The notes under the pieces: generated by a model
What the model saw: only the letters and a program-made list of their open reading frames with translations
Database searches by the model: none
What the model was told of the DNA's origin: nothing
Program-made: the position numbers and the translations under genes
Shown here: positions 37,173 through 47,970 of the stretch, one piece after another
Numbering within the stretch: the stretch's first letter is position 1
Layout: every line of letters begins with the position of its first letter
Origin: a virus
Lineage: Duplodnaviria; Heunggongvirae; Uroviricota; Caudoviricetes
Strand: one strand, 5' to 3'
IMG/VR virus record: IMGVR_UViG_3300028571_000011
Length of the DNA: 64,000 nt

Positions 37173-40100
37173 ATGACGTCATTCATCTCCTGTTCAGGAG
37201 CTACAGTGGCTGTCAATATCAACTCACAAGTCAACAAAGAGTTCCTCAAGTCTTTCCTGATGGAAAGACTCGGTTCTGGCTCTGACGTGTCAACTGATGC
37301 CGTGCGTGCTGCACTGACCACCTACAACACGCTGGCCAGCGCAAACCCTGACCTTGGGGCAAAGCTCACAGAGATTGAAATCAGTAGGATTGGCGGCAGC
37401 ATTGTAGGAAAGATGACGCAGGGTCAGAAGCTGCTGGCTGCTGTGGACGGAACGTTCGGCACTACAACGGCTATTGGGTCACCCCTCGACCTGCAGCGCA
37501 AGTCTGACCTCACCTTCGAGAAGCAGCTTCGTGCGCAGATCGACAAGTTCGATACCAGAACCTCTGACGACTACAAATTCATCCCTCTCCAAGAAGAGGA
37601 CTTCGTCAACTACGAGGAGACCTTCAGCGCACAGGACAACGAGTTCAAGTCCAAGAACCCAACTCCTGCACAGGTCCGCAGAGATCGTGGTATGCTGGTC
37701 TATGCTGAGTCTGGTGGTGAGGACATCGCCGCCAAGTACAAAGGGGTTGCCTACTGCGACAAACTGAATCCAGACACCATCCCAGTCAGCCCACTGGAGC
37801 AAGTGGGCCTGACGCATGAGAATCTCGTCAGGTTCGATGAGGACCCCAACAAGGTGGAGAACGACTTCCCCGTCTTCTCCATTGGTGCCGCTGTTTGGAT
37901 CCAAGGCGTAGACGTCAGTCCGTATCTCAAGAGCCAAGTCTCCGTCGAGAAGAACAGCGTTCAGGGCCACAACACTCTGACGATCGTACTCGATAACAGC
38001 CAAGATAAGTTCGTTTGGACAGAGCGAAATCTGGCGAAGCTGTATGGCGGCAGGGATTACTACTACGACGACTTCGGTCGTCGAGTTCAGATTGACCGAC
38101 CATTCAATGACCATGAACACGCCAAGGAAGAAGTGTTTGCCATCAAGGCAGACCCAGCTGTCAACCCACCGGTCAAGACAGCCCGCAACACGGTGGTGTT
38201 TCCTCGCTTCGACTTGAACCCGAACGGGTGCTGCTTCGCACGCATGGACCCAATTCGATTCTGGTCCTTGTACCCATTCCGTCCACAGGGACAGAATGAT
38301 CCAGATGTCCGTGAGCTTTGGGTTCCAGAGTTCACGGGCTTCATCAGCAGTGTGACTGTGGAGGATGACGAACTGACTGGTTCGAGTACCATCACCATCG
38401 AGTGCGTGGACTCACGTCAGGCCATCCTTCAGCGGATGCGCATCTCGGCAGAGCCCAACTTGGGTCTGGGCAATGCCCTAGACTTCATGGGCTTCCCACC
38501 TGAGGGTGTCTTCAACCGAGCAGGCGAGCGACGTGGTGGTAGTGAGTCCACTGTGGCACGACAAGCCAGAGACCAATTCGCAGCAGCCAACGGCAGGTAC
38601 TTCAACCTCGCCACTACCCAGTTCTATGACGACGTCTCGAACAGCGAGTTCGGTCAGTTGTTTCCCAACAAGAACTTTGAGGAGTCCATCAAGGAGCTAC
38701 TGGTCTTCAAGCCAGACCGTATCCGTACTGGGCAGGCATCGCGTGGTGCACGTGACATTCAGTACGGTGGAACGTTCTCATTCCCATCGTCTGCTGGTCG
38801 ACCTGCTGTCAGCAGCTACCTGTCTGACTACCACGCCTTCTGTTTGTTTGGTCCCAAGCGTCGCCCGTGGACCCTTGGAGAAGTGAAGGAAGTCGGCGAG
38901 GGAACCAGAACGTACAGCCCTGACGACCCGTACCGTTTTGGCGAGTACTACCCCGGCAAGTGCAGGTTGTGGTTCCTCCTTCCAGAAGAGGGAACTGGAC
39001 CTCGCAGCATGGCCGACCTTGGTAACCCCGGCGTCTCACCTCAGCATCAGGTCAACTACAACACTCGCTTGGAAGTGCTTCGCAACTTCGTTGAGTCACT
39101 CGATTACCAGATGTTCGTCTCTGGTACTGGTGACTACCACATCGAGTTCCCTATGGCTGACTTCCGGCCAGAGGATTTCGGCACCTTCCAGAACTCATTC
39201 AGGTTCAGGAAGATAACCGTCAACACAGGCTACTCTGACGAAGCAGAGGAGCCTGTGGGCGCCGTTGCGGTTCAGATCGGACTTGGTGTTGGTAAGGGAG
39301 TTGCTGACTCCCCTGTGGCAGCCAATCTCCTTAACACGGTCTACGCGTTCAGCCCTTACATCACGGCACGGTATGGCGTGATTGTGGACAACCCCATCTC
39401 GATTCCCTTCCTGAGAAGGAGTGAGAACGACATTCCCATTGCTCAGCAACGGGCTGTCATTCAGTTGCAGAAGGCGAACGCTCGCGTTCACTCCATGCAG
39501 ATGACTACTGCGTTCAGGCCGTTCCTATTGCCGAACCGACCCATTCATCATCTGCGCAGAAGCAGGATGGGGACGTCGGTCACTGTCAGCAACACGTTCG
39601 CGATTGGTCTGCAGACCAAAGCAACGACTACCATTTCTCTTGAACACATCCGCAAGTGGACTGGTTGGTACCGAACAGAGGCAGACAAAGAACTCGTCGA
39701 GCAGCAGACAAAGGAATGGTCAGACCGTGGCTCTGACCCATCGTCTGGTGTGACTGCTATGTCAGCTTCGAATCCTGACGTTGACCACATTGGTTCTCAA
39801 GTGTATCAGACCATCATGTCTGGTGAGTCACTTGCTGTTGGTGCTCGCTATGGTTGGGGTAGGAAGGCAGTTCTTGCACCAGACAGTGGTGTCTATGTGC
39901 TGGACCTGCGAAGCTTCGTTGATGCACCTGTGAACTTTGTCCCTCCTCCGTTGGAGGAAACCAATCCACAGACTGTCTCCTCTCCGCAAGTCTCAGTTCC
40001 CAACACAGCACCCAACAACACAGCTGTGTTTCAGTCACCATTGACTGTTCAGCTGCGTGTTTCGTCACCATTTGGGTTACGTACTCACCCAGTGACTGGG

Positions 40101-40475
40101 GAGAAGAATAGCATGCACGCTGGCGTGGATTATAGGGCTGAGGTGGGATCAGCAGTGCTGGCGGTTGCCGATGGTGTCATCTCGAAGATCAAGTTCAGAA
40201 CTGGTGGTGGACTCATCATCGACTTCCGCCCTGACAACAAGGACTACCCGCTGGTGCAATACATGCATCTGTCAGAGGCTGATGGTAGAACCCCCGACGA
40301 CGTGAAGTCGAAGAACAACAATATCGTTTTGGGTAATAGTCGTAGGTTCAAAGCTGGTGACATCATCGGTAAGGTAGGAATTACAGGACAGTCCTCCGGA
40401 CCTCATCTCCACATTTCAGTCTATAAACCCGGCAGCAATAATGTGACTGACCCCGTACCACTGATCAAGGAATGA
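37173..40475 (+). CDS. Baseplate hub-like protein with C-terminal M23 peptidase (virion lysin)
   Basis: SPFGLRTHPVTG, HAGVDY (HxxxD), YMHLS and GQSSGPHLH (HxH); precedes the spike gene. Confidence 0.85.
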   Translation: MTSFISCSGATVAVNINSQVNKEFLKSFLMERLGSGSDVSTDAVRAALTTYNTLASANPDLGAKLTEIEISRIGGSIVGKMTQGQKLLAAVDGTFGTTTAIGSPLDLQRKSDLTFEKQLRAQIDKFDTRTSDDYKFIPLQEEDFVNYEETFSAQDNEFKSKNPTPAQVRRDRGMLVYAESGGEDIAAKYKGVAYCDKLNPDTIPVSPLEQVGLTHENLVRFDEDPNKVENDFPVFSIGAAVWIQGVDVSPYLKSQVSVEKNSVQGHNTLTIVLDNSQDKFVWTERNLAKLYGGRDYYYDDFGRRVQIDRPFNDHEHAKEEVFAIKADPAVNPPVKTARNTVVFPRFDLNPNGCCFARMDPIRFWSLYPFRPQGQNDPDVRELWVPEFTGFISSVTVEDDELTGSSTITIECVDSRQAILQRMRISAEPNLGLGNALDFMGFPPEGVFNRAGERRGGSESTVARQARDQFAAANGRYFNLATTQFYDDVSNSEFGQLFPNKNFEESIKELLVFKPDRIRTGQASRGARDIQYGGTFSFPSSAGRPAVSSYLSDYHAFCLFGPKRRPWTLGEVKEVGEGTRTYSPDDPYRFGEYYPGKCRLWFLLPEEGTGPRSMADLGNPGVSPQHQVNYNTRLEVLRNFVESLDYQMFVSGTGDYHIEFPMADFRPEDFGTFQNSFRFRKITVNTGYSDEAEEPVGAVAVQIGLGVGKGVADSPVAANLLNTVYAFSPYITARYGVIVDNPISIPFLRRSENDIPIAQQRAVIQLQKANARVHSMQMTTAFRPFLLPNRPIHHLRRSRMGTSVTVSNTFAIGLQTKATTTISLEHIRKWTGWYRTEADKELVEQQTKEWSDRGSDPSSGVTAMSASNPDVDHIGSQVYQTIMSGESLAVGARYGWGRKAVLAPDSGVYVLDLRSFVDAPVNFVPPPLEETNPQTVSSPQVSVPNTAPNNTAVFQSPLTVQLRVSSPFGLRTHPVTGEKNSMHAGVDYRAEVGSAVLAVADGVISKIKFRTGGGLIIDFRPDNKDYPLVQYMHLSEADGRTPDDVKSKNNNIVLGNSRRFKAGDIIGKVGITGQSSGPHLHISVYKPGSNNVTDPVPLIKE

Positions 40476-40478
40476 CGA

Positions 40479-41963
40479 ATGCCACTACCTAAAGGTCATG
40501 GTGCGAGTGTTCACGCGCGCACGGCTAGAAACGCCAAGAAGAAGGAGGACTACCCCTACCGTGGGGCGTTCATGGGTAAGGTGACGTCACCTGCTCCCAA
40601 TGAAGAAGTCACCTTTGAGACGAGCATGGGACGTAGGACTTCGTCTTACGCGTACCCGTTTGTCTCGACGAATGCATGGATAAGAGGACAGCCTGAATCC
40701 GGAACGACGATGATTGCGATCATCGGTTCCGATACACAGGAGCTTCAGCCCATCGGGTACTTCGACCCAGCAAAGTCGAATGCAGCAACACGCTATCAAG
40801 CTGTTGTTGACGCCCTTAGATCGAATCTAGCAACGCCGATTCCAACGCTTCTAGCATACAGATCCATCACACCGGGTGATGTCGACTTCGGCAGCAACTT
40901 TGCCCAGATGCACATGGGTCTGAAGGATGTCTTCCAAGCTAGAGGTGGTCTTTCCCACTTCACAATGACGTCGAAGAAGACGACGCTTGAGACCTCCCAG
41001 TTCGAGGTTCATGGCCCAGACCATGTCCTCGGTCGGAACCTGAGCGACGAAACTCGATTCGGTGTTGTACGGCGCGTAACGGCCACGAAGGGAACAGCTA
41101 CAACACCAGCACTGATCAGGAGCTTGAGACCGTCCTCGCTGGATGCCACCAAGATGGCGTTCGCCAAAGAGCACACGGTTGTGCTTGGCAGCGACTCCAT
41201 CACCATGTCAGGGAAGTTGATTGACCATCGTCAAGGCAATGTTGTCGACGACAATGGAAGTCTGGCCCGAAGCGTATCGACTCAGCAGGAGCTACGCGCA
41301 AGGCTCCAGTGGTTTTCCAACCTGTCAGCTACCAAGGTTGAAATCGACGACAGCGGCAACTGGTCAGTTTCGACATCTCTGGATGGTGTTGACGGTGGTC
41401 GAATCGATGTCCCAACTGGGAATCTGAGTGTGACAATTGGTCAGGTCGCGTCACTGCGATCGATTGGCGACTTCAAGATTGACTCCACCCTTGGTCGATT
41501 CACGGCGACTGGCAACTTGGGTTTCCGCATCTTCACACCAGCGGATGGCGACATAACAGCCAGTGTTGCCCTAGCTCTTAGCTCGGGTGGTCGTGTCAGC
41601 ATCAACACCCCAATGTATCAGGGGGTTCGCATTGGTGGTGGTGTTGCTCCGCAGCACCCTGCTCTTGTGGCCAACCCAGCGTACATCGGCACGCTGAACG
41701 CAATGCTATCCGCACAGGCCACGCTGACCCAAGCCATTGGTACGTACGGAGGCACAGGTTCAGCTGCTTGGGGTGCGGCTGGCCCGCTGTTGGCATTGCT
41801 TGACCCAAGTGCAACCGTGTCGCAACTTTGTCTAGCTGCCGCTGGCAGTGCTGGTGCTCTTGTAGCGGCGTCATCGGCCCTCTCGCTGGCCATTACAGCG
41901 CACGCTAAGACACTCGGTATGAATCCATCAGGCTTCCAATCTGTGAAGCTCGCCTCGGAGTGA
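40479..41963 (+). CDS. Central spike (gp5/GpV/VgrG-like) protein
   Basis: N-terminal OB-like AFMGKVTS...WIRGQPESGTTMIA, beta-helix-like middle (IEIDDSGNWSV...LSVTIG); located after the hub. Confidence 0.6.
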   Translation: MPLPKGHGASVHARTARNAKKKEDYPYRGAFMGKVTSPAPNEEVTFETSMGRRTSSYAYPFVSTNAWIRGQPESGTTMIAIIGSDTQELQPIGYFDPAKSNAATRYQAVVDALRSNLATPIPTLLAYRSITPGDVDFGSNFAQMHMGLKDVFQARGGLSHFTMTSKKTTLETSQFEVHGPDHVLGRNLSDETRFGVVRRVTATKGTATTPALIRSLRPSSLDATKMAFAKEHTVVLGSDSITMSGKLIDHRQGNVVDDNGSLARSVSTQQELRARLQWFSNLSATKVEIDDSGNWSVSTSLDGVDGGRIDVPTGNLSVTIGQVASLRSIGDFKIDSTLGRFTATGNLGFRIFTPADGDITASVALALSSGGRVSINTPMYQGVRIGGGVAPQHPALVANPAYIGTLNAMLSAQATLTQAIGTYGGTGSAAWGAAGPLLALLDPSATVSQLCLAAAGSAGALVAASSALSLAITAHAKTLGMNPSGFQSVKLASE

Positions 41964-41967
41964 TGAC

Positions 41968-44900
41968 ATGACAAACTTCTTCCTATGGCGCGGCTGCGAT
42001 ATCTCTGGAACAGGGACTCGCGAAGCCATCATGCGGAACCGTGACTTCGTCGATAGGGCCATCGCCATCATTGGTGCTGACGGTCAACAGGGTGAAGACA
42101 GCGGCATGCCTGAGGGCACCGATACCCCCGACATCGTTGGCACCACACCGTGCAGCACAATCACTGTGGCGAGTGCCCGTTGGTTGGACATCAGGAACAC
42201 TGGCGCCGGTCTTCTCTCACCCGGTACCTACAAGTACCAGCTTCTGCCAGTGGACACGTGCACTGGCAGAACGTGCACCCCTATTGGTCTACCTGACCTC
42301 GTCATCACTGCTCTTGGAGAGCAAGCGACACTGGCTGTCGAGCTTGGTGCTGATGCCACTGGTTGCGATAGCTACCTGCTCCAGAGAAACGGGGTTGTCG
42401 TTGGCCCAGTGACTCCAGTTGAGCAGTCCGTTGTGGATAATGCTCGCGTCATCGTCGCTGCGGAGTTGAATGGAACGTACACAGGTCTGGACAACGCAGC
42501 GACGGTACCAAAGTTCACTAGGGTTCCCGGCAGCGCCACACTTGAAGTCGGCGACATGGTCCAGTTGAACTGGCCGACGGAGGACGACCCCACGCTGGTT
42601 GCTGTGACAGACACTGCTGCCGACACGATCTTCTACGCTCCAAGAATCCCCGCTCGCACTGACCCCGCCGAGGACAAGTGGTTCGATATGACCACACGGG
42701 CAATGCCGTACTACGTATCACCAGTAGATACACCACCACTAGCTTTTGGTATTATTCCTATCCCACCACCATTCTATGTGAATGTGTTGTCACTGGGTGC
42801 TTTTGGCGGTGGGCTGCAGTTGTTCGACATTGTGACCTATGGCACTGGAACGGCACTTGTCATTGCGGCGGACATTGCCATAGGTCTCCAGAAAATTGGA
42901 CTGATGCCATTTGGTATCGCAGTGCCAATGCCAGCTGGCATCATGTATCTAATTCATAGGAGTCTTCCGACTTTTCAGCCGGGTCTCAACGAAGGTTTGG
43001 GTTTCTTCACACTGCCCACCAGTGAAACATTCACCGTTGGTGCTGATGGTGTTGGTGCGCCTTACGACACCAAGCTTGCGATTGGGGAGACGGTCATTAT
43101 CACTTCCGGTCTGCTAGTCGGTGGTGCCAAGATTAAGAACTTTGAAGGATTTGACGGGGGTGCCAATACAATAGTAGTTAGGTTGGAGCCTGATGGCTCG
43201 GCCCCATCATTGCTGCCAGCGTCTACTTTCGGCATGTACTTCGTACTGCCTCCAGCCATCAGTGACTTCCTCGACAACACGCCACCAGCTACGTCTGGAA
43301 GCTTCCTGCGCATCAGTCGTCAGACAGAAGAAGTCGCACTGACGAACTCGATCATCTCCATCGAGACGGGCAAGAACACAACACGCTCTGGCAGGCTCAC
43401 CGCACAAGGCTCGACAGCACTCCTGAGCTTGAAGAACGTGATGGCCGCTGGTGGCTACGCTGGTGGTTTCGATGCCTTCAGGCGTAAGGTCGTCGGTCCT
43501 TGTGGCAAGTCGACAACGTCGTACGCCTCGTTGATCTTCAATCAGACGCTTGGTGCCTTCGCACTTCCATCCGCCAACTCATCCAGATTCTATGCGGTCA
43601 ACGAGACAGCCAAGCTTGGTGCTGGGCCTCTTGTCGACTTGAACTATGTTCGAGAACGCAAGTTGCTCTTCGGCAACTATGCCAACTACGCGAGCACTGT
43701 TGCTGCATCAAGGTCTGATGGCGTATCGGTTGCTCGCTTCAAGGAAGTGATTACCACCAATCCTGCTGACGCTTGCCCTCCCGGCGCACTGCCAACCTCG
43801 GCTACAACGTTTGTGTTCAATGGATTCGCGTCGGCACAAAACCCTCTCCGGTCCAACGAGAAGGCTCGCGTGCTGTGGGACGTGAATGGTCGGTTCACCA
43901 CACAGTCACGGCAAAAGCTGACCGCTAGAGGTCTGACGGATGATGAAGCATCAGCAGCCCTTAACCTGCTTGCGGCTGGTCGTGTGCTCTCCGTTCTGGA
44001 GGTCACAGCTGAAGACATCGACCTTGATGACCCGCTGATCGACAACATCATTGACGACGACAGAGTCAAGGTCATCGACCTTGGTCCCGTTCTTCCGGGC
44101 CAGATTTCTGACGCCATCAGGCGACGTGGTGTCGGTGCCATCGTTCGTCGTCCAGTCTGCACAGACCCGGACCAGAAGGTGATTGTGAATGACCACGAGA
44201 CCGTGGCACTCAACATCCTCAGCCTGAGTCTGAATTACCAAGCCTCGTTCAACCTGTGCGATGTTGATGCTGCTCTCAACAGCATCACAGACCCCAAGGT
44301 GCGTGCTGCCATTGCGGCTGTGCTGGCGACGGTGACCGCCGCCTTCGATCAGCTGGCTTCGTTTGGGAACGGCCTGAAGTCCTTTCTCAACAATCCAGAG
44401 TACCTCGCCGCCAAGGAGTTTATTGCTGGTGCTGTGAGCGCCATTGCAGCGGACCCGACGCTGGGTTGTCTCTTTGGTGCAGCTGTAGCTCAGGCTGGTG
44501 GTATTGGCCTTCCTTCGTTCCCAAACCTCAATGCCAACTTCAATCTCATTGCTGATCCAATGACTGTCAGATTCAACCTGCTGTCGACGGCACTGAATGG
44601 CATCAGGGCTCTGGTGTGCACGCTGCTGAATGAGTTGCTGAAGTTGATACCGGGAGACGTGAGAACAGCAGCCCTGACGGTCCTCAACTGCTTGCCACCA
44701 CTCCCAGACCTGCAGGGTCTGCCGTTCTTCAACGTGGAGCTAGAGTTCGTCTTGACGTGTTACCTCACGAACCTGACGTTGTACTCTGACGTCCTGAACG
44801 AGGTCATCAGCGAAGTGATGGAGTTCCTCAACTTCTTGGCTCTGGGAGACGGCTTCTTCAAGAGCATGGGCGCCGCGAACCAGTCATGCTCGTCAGACGA

Positions 44901-45012
44901 GAACTTCGCGGCTATCTTCGAAACTGCTCGAAGCGCTCTTGGCATCACAGAGATTACGTCTAGTGTCTCCAACACTGCGAACAGTGTCGCAACATTCTTC
45001 GGTGGAACATGA
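41968..45012 (+). CDS. Large structural protein of unknown function (1014 aa)
   Basis: Long ORF in the baseplate block; beta-rich N-half, amphipathic helical C-terminus. Confidence 0.75.
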   Translation: MTNFFLWRGCDISGTGTREAIMRNRDFVDRAIAIIGADGQQGEDSGMPEGTDTPDIVGTTPCSTITVASARWLDIRNTGAGLLSPGTYKYQLLPVDTCTGRTCTPIGLPDLVITALGEQATLAVELGADATGCDSYLLQRNGVVVGPVTPVEQSVVDNARVIVAAELNGTYTGLDNAATVPKFTRVPGSATLEVGDMVQLNWPTEDDPTLVAVTDTAADTIFYAPRIPARTDPAEDKWFDMTTRAMPYYVSPVDTPPLAFGIIPIPPPFYVNVLSLGAFGGGLQLFDIVTYGTGTALVIAADIAIGLQKIGLMPFGIAVPMPAGIMYLIHRSLPTFQPGLNEGLGFFTLPTSETFTVGADGVGAPYDTKLAIGETVIITSGLLVGGAKIKNFEGFDGGANTIVVRLEPDGSAPSLLPASTFGMYFVLPPAISDFLDNTPPATSGSFLRISRQTEEVALTNSIISIETGKNTTRSGRLTAQGSTALLSLKNVMAAGGYAGGFDAFRRKVVGPCGKSTTSYASLIFNQTLGAFALPSANSSRFYAVNETAKLGAGPLVDLNYVRERKLLFGNYANYASTVAASRSDGVSVARFKEVITTNPADACPPGALPTSATTFVFNGFASAQNPLRSNEKARVLWDVNGRFTTQSRQKLTARGLTDDEASAALNLLAAGRVLSVLEVTAEDIDLDDPLIDNIIDDDRVKVIDLGPVLPGQISDAIRRRGVGAIVRRPVCTDPDQKVIVNDHETVALNILSLSLNYQASFNLCDVDAALNSITDPKVRAAIAAVLATVTAAFDQLASFGNGLKSFLNNPEYLAAKEFIAGAVSAIAADPTLGCLFGAAVAQAGGIGLPSFPNLNANFNLIADPMTVRFNLLSTALNGIRALVCTLLNELLKLIPGDVRTAALTVLNCLPPLPDLQGLPFFNVELEFVLTCYLTNLTLYSDVLNEVISEVMEFLNFLALGDGFFKSMGAANQSCSSDENFAAIFETARSALGITEITSSVSNTANSVATFFGGT

Positions 45013-45665
45013 CAACAACTCCCTTCATCGATTCCCTCAGCGTTCAGAACCGTGAGCGGGTGAACCAGAAGACGAGAGGCGATAAGCGCCCCTCGTTCTA
45101 CTCCTCTGAGATTGATAGGCTCAACAAGCTGAATCAGGCACAGAGAACAGTTGAAGAGTTCCAGTCGCCTGACGTTCAGATAACGCTGGACTTCGAAGCT
45201 GTTCTGATACTTCTCGGGTCCAGCGAGAAGACAGGTGTCATCAAATTCATCACGGATGCATTCGCTGCTGACGAGCCGAATGACGAAGTCGAATTGATGT
45301 TCAACGTGGCCTTCCGGCGCAAGTCGACTTACGACCAGACGAATACGGATACCTTTGCTCCAGCCCTGCTATTCAACAAGGCAAGGGCTGGCATCTTGGC
45401 GTCCATCGAGAGCAAGAGAGCAGCTGTGGTTCGCGACAAGGATGACGAAACACCACCGTACGACAACGTCGATGACGTCATTCCTGAGCTATCACACTTC
45501 TTCTCCTCGGTATCCACGGAGTACTTGGCCATCACCAAGCCTGAGATCCTTGAAGTGCACAATCGTGTGACCGACCAGCAGGTGCTGAACTACTACACTG
45601 ATGAAGCTGCTTCCAGAAAGAAGGAACTCTTGTCATGGCGCAGCATTTTCCAGACGTACCTGTGA
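45009..45665 (+). CDS. Hypothetical protein in the baseplate block
   Basis: ATGA-coupled. Confidence 0.7.
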   Translation: MTTTPFIDSLSVQNRERVNQKTRGDKRPSFYSSEIDRLNKLNQAQRTVEEFQSPDVQITLDFEAVLILLGSSEKTGVIKFITDAFAADEPNDEVELMFNVAFRRKSTYDQTNTDTFAPALLFNKARAGILASIESKRAAVVRDKDDETPPYDNVDDVIPELSHFFSSVSTEYLAITKPEILEVHNRVTDQQVLNYYTDEAASRKKELLSWRSIFQTYL

Positions 45666-45674
45666 GGTTCATCG

Positions 45675-46127
45675 ATGTCATACACTGTACGATTCAATGA
45701 TGGGGACATCGAGTTCGGCTCCGGTGGAGACCAGATAATGGTCACTGGTGCCGAGAAGGCAGCACAAGACCTGCTTGACGAGGTCCTGCTGCCCTACGAT
45801 GCCGCTACCGACAGTGGAAACGAGATGTTCGAAGCTGACGGTAGCTTCTCAGCTGTTGCTTCGTCTCCGTCAGTGGGCACAAGCTACATCAACACGTGCC
45901 TGCGCTCAGCTGCAGCAAGGCTCATGCGGAAGCAAGCTGCCTCGTCTGGGACAGACGCAGACGAGGTCATCAGGAAGGTGAACAATGTTGTTGTTCGCCC
46001 CATCGCTGGGGACGCGACGTCTTACGCGTTCCTGCTTGCTGTGGAGTCCAACAGCAGGAAAATCGCTCTGGCCCGTGCCATCAGTATGAAGCACACGGGA
46101 ACCCTGCGGGTTGACTCACTCGGCTAG
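45675..46127 (+). CDS. gp25/GpW-like baseplate wedge (sheath initiator)
   Basis: DGDIEFG...VTGAEKAAQDLL pattern, size, and position before baseplate J. Confidence 0.6.
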   Translation: MSYTVRFNDGDIEFGSGGDQIMVTGAEKAAQDLLDEVLLPYDAATDSGNEMFEADGSFSAVASSPSVGTSYINTCLRSAAARLMRKQAASSGTDADEVIRKVNNVVVRPIAGDATSYAFLLAVESNSRKIALARAISMKHTGTLRVDSLG

Positions 46128-46315
46128 CACAATGCTTTCACCGCTTCAGCTTCTGTCAACCCTGTCAAGATTGACGTCTTACTCTTCAAGCGAACACTGT
46201 AACGACCGGAGCCCACAGCACACGCAACGCCCTTGTCGGACTCGACAAAGGACAACTTGGAACCGGTCTTGTCAGCCACGACGAAAGTATAGATCTCACA
46301 CTTTTCTGCAGTCAT
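46124..46315 (-). CDS. Small antisense-oriented insert gene (63 aa)
   Basis: Own promoter 6 nt upstream of the ATG at 46315; convergent with the gp25-like gene. Confidence 0.6.
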   Translation of the reverse strand: MTAEKCEIYTFVVADKTGSKLSFVESDKGVACAVGSGRYSVRLKSKTSILTGLTEAEAVKALC

Positions 46316-46321
46316 ACCGGG

Positions 46322-46349
46322 ATAATACGCCCTCAACACTCTGGGTCAA
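46322..46349 (-). promoter_or_regulatory. Putative promoter (leaderless)
   Basis: TTGACC-N16-TATTAT-N6-ATG. Confidence 0.55.
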
Positions 46350-46370
46350 CTCTTTTTGAGGTAAGCTATT

Positions 46371-47798
46371 ATGCCACGTACACGAAGCGAAATCATCAAG
46401 TCAATCAAGACCGACATCGAGGCAGCAAGCCCTCAAGTCAGGGTCGACGCTGATAAGGGGCCATTCTTCCACCTATCTGCCACGGGTGTGGCAGGAGTGT
46501 TGTCTGACTCATCGTCACAGATCGAGAGGCTTGCGCAGCTGTCCACGCTCATGTTCCCAGCCGTGGCGACAGACCAAGAGGCACAGGCTATGGCCCGTGC
46601 CTTCGGCCTCTCCACAGCGGCTGCAGGCTTCTCTGGTGGTATCGCCTACGCCTTCACTTCGAGCCGACCATCTGGCTCTGACTTGATGACGGTCTCTGAA
46701 GGCACCTCGTTCTCAACAGGAACTCGCGGTGTTGTGTTCGAAGCTGTGGAGACCAGAAGTCTTACTGCGGGGAACGCCGACGCCTACTACAACCCTGCCA
46801 CCCGGCGCTACGAGTTGCCAGTTCGCGTCAGGGCAACATCGGCTGGTACACTGGGCAACATCGCAGCCAGAACCATCACCAGCGTACAGCTGTCCGGGTT
46901 CGATGGTGCGACCAACCTTGCTGCTTTCCGTGGTGGTACTGAGGCTCAGTCGGTTGCGACGCTGTACCGTCGCATCCAACAGCGTCTAGTCGGGCTTGAC
47001 AACTTCTCGCGGGGTGGTCTGGTCTCACGAGTCCAGAAATACGACGTTGACCGCGTGCAGTCGGTCGCTCTCACGTACTCAAACGAGTACCCCAACCTGT
47101 TCTACCGTCTGCCTGACAGGCAAGCCATTGACGTGTGGGTCTTGGGTACGCCGATTGAGGAAATCGCCACTGAGACATTCACAGCTTCGGCTGGGCAAAC
47201 GACATTCACCCTTAGCGTAGGCCCAGTGTTGTTCCTGTCGTCTGTTCTGGTGAATGGCTCCTCTGTTGCTGCCTCCTTGACCATGGACGAGGGTGCTTCC
47301 CTTGGAAGGTCATCGCAGGAGTCTTCACAGGTCACCACAGCTGCACTTGTTGCTGGGGACGTAGTGGACATCACCTACGGCTACGATGACCTCATTAAGG
47401 GGATTCAGAAAGACATTGATGGTTTGCTGAACTCCTCAACTGGGTCGTTGTTCGCCACGGATGTCTTGGTTCGCTACCCCAAGACAATCCCAGTGGTGGT
47501 TCGCGTTTCTGGTACGGTGCTTGGATCATTCGACCGAACAACTGTCGAGCAGGAAGTATTGATTGCAGTGGGTGACTACTTGGCCAATGGCCTTGAAGGC
47601 TCTCCACAGCAGGGTGGTGTCAGGAATCTCAAGGAGTGCCGCGATGCCATCAAGTCCACAGTGCCCGGTATCAGTCTGCTAGAGATACCTGAGTTCTGCC
47701 GCAAGAGTGTGGGTGGTATCGTAGAGGTCATCGACATTCCACGGAACGCGCAGCTGGTCGTTAGCAACAGCGCAGACTTGGTAGTCTCGTTCACATGA
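46371..47798 (+). CDS. Baseplate J-like protein
   Basis: VRVRATSAGTLGN, DGATNLAAFRGGTEAQSVATLYRRI motif. Confidence 0.85.
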   Translation: MPRTRSEIIKSIKTDIEAASPQVRVDADKGPFFHLSATGVAGVLSDSSSQIERLAQLSTLMFPAVATDQEAQAMARAFGLSTAAAGFSGGIAYAFTSSRPSGSDLMTVSEGTSFSTGTRGVVFEAVETRSLTAGNADAYYNPATRRYELPVRVRATSAGTLGNIAARTITSVQLSGFDGATNLAAFRGGTEAQSVATLYRRIQQRLVGLDNFSRGGLVSRVQKYDVDRVQSVALTYSNEYPNLFYRLPDRQAIDVWVLGTPIEEIATETFTASAGQTTFTLSVGPVLFLSSVLVNGSSVAASLTMDEGASLGRSSQESSQVTTAALVAGDVVDITYGYDDLIKGIQKDIDGLLNSSTGSLFATDVLVRYPKTIPVVVRVSGTVLGSFDRTTVEQEVLIAVGDYLANGLEGSPQQGGVRNLKECRDAIKSTVPGISLLEIPEFCRKSVGGIVEVIDIPRNAQLVVSNSADLVVSFT

Positions 47799-47811
47799 CA
47801 CCCTTTACTGT

Positions 47812-47970
47812 ATGACGCACGACCAGAAGCCTCAGCTTCCTCCAGTACGTATCATCCGTGAGGGTGGTGCCTTCTTTGGCCTTGAGCTATTGGTTGTTTG
47901 CATCCTCATCGTAGCGGCATGGCTCATCTGGGTTCTCTTCGCTGTGATTACAAATCAGGAGTTGGCATGA
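47812..47970 (+). CDS. Small single-pass membrane protein (52 aa, absent from the ORF track)
   Basis: MTHDQKPQLPPVRIIREGGAFFGLELLVVCILIVAAWLIWVLFAVITNQELA; ATGA-coupled to the next gene. Confidence 0.55.
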   Translation: MTHDQKPQLPPVRIIREGGAFFGLELLVVCILIVAAWLIWVLFAVITNQELA

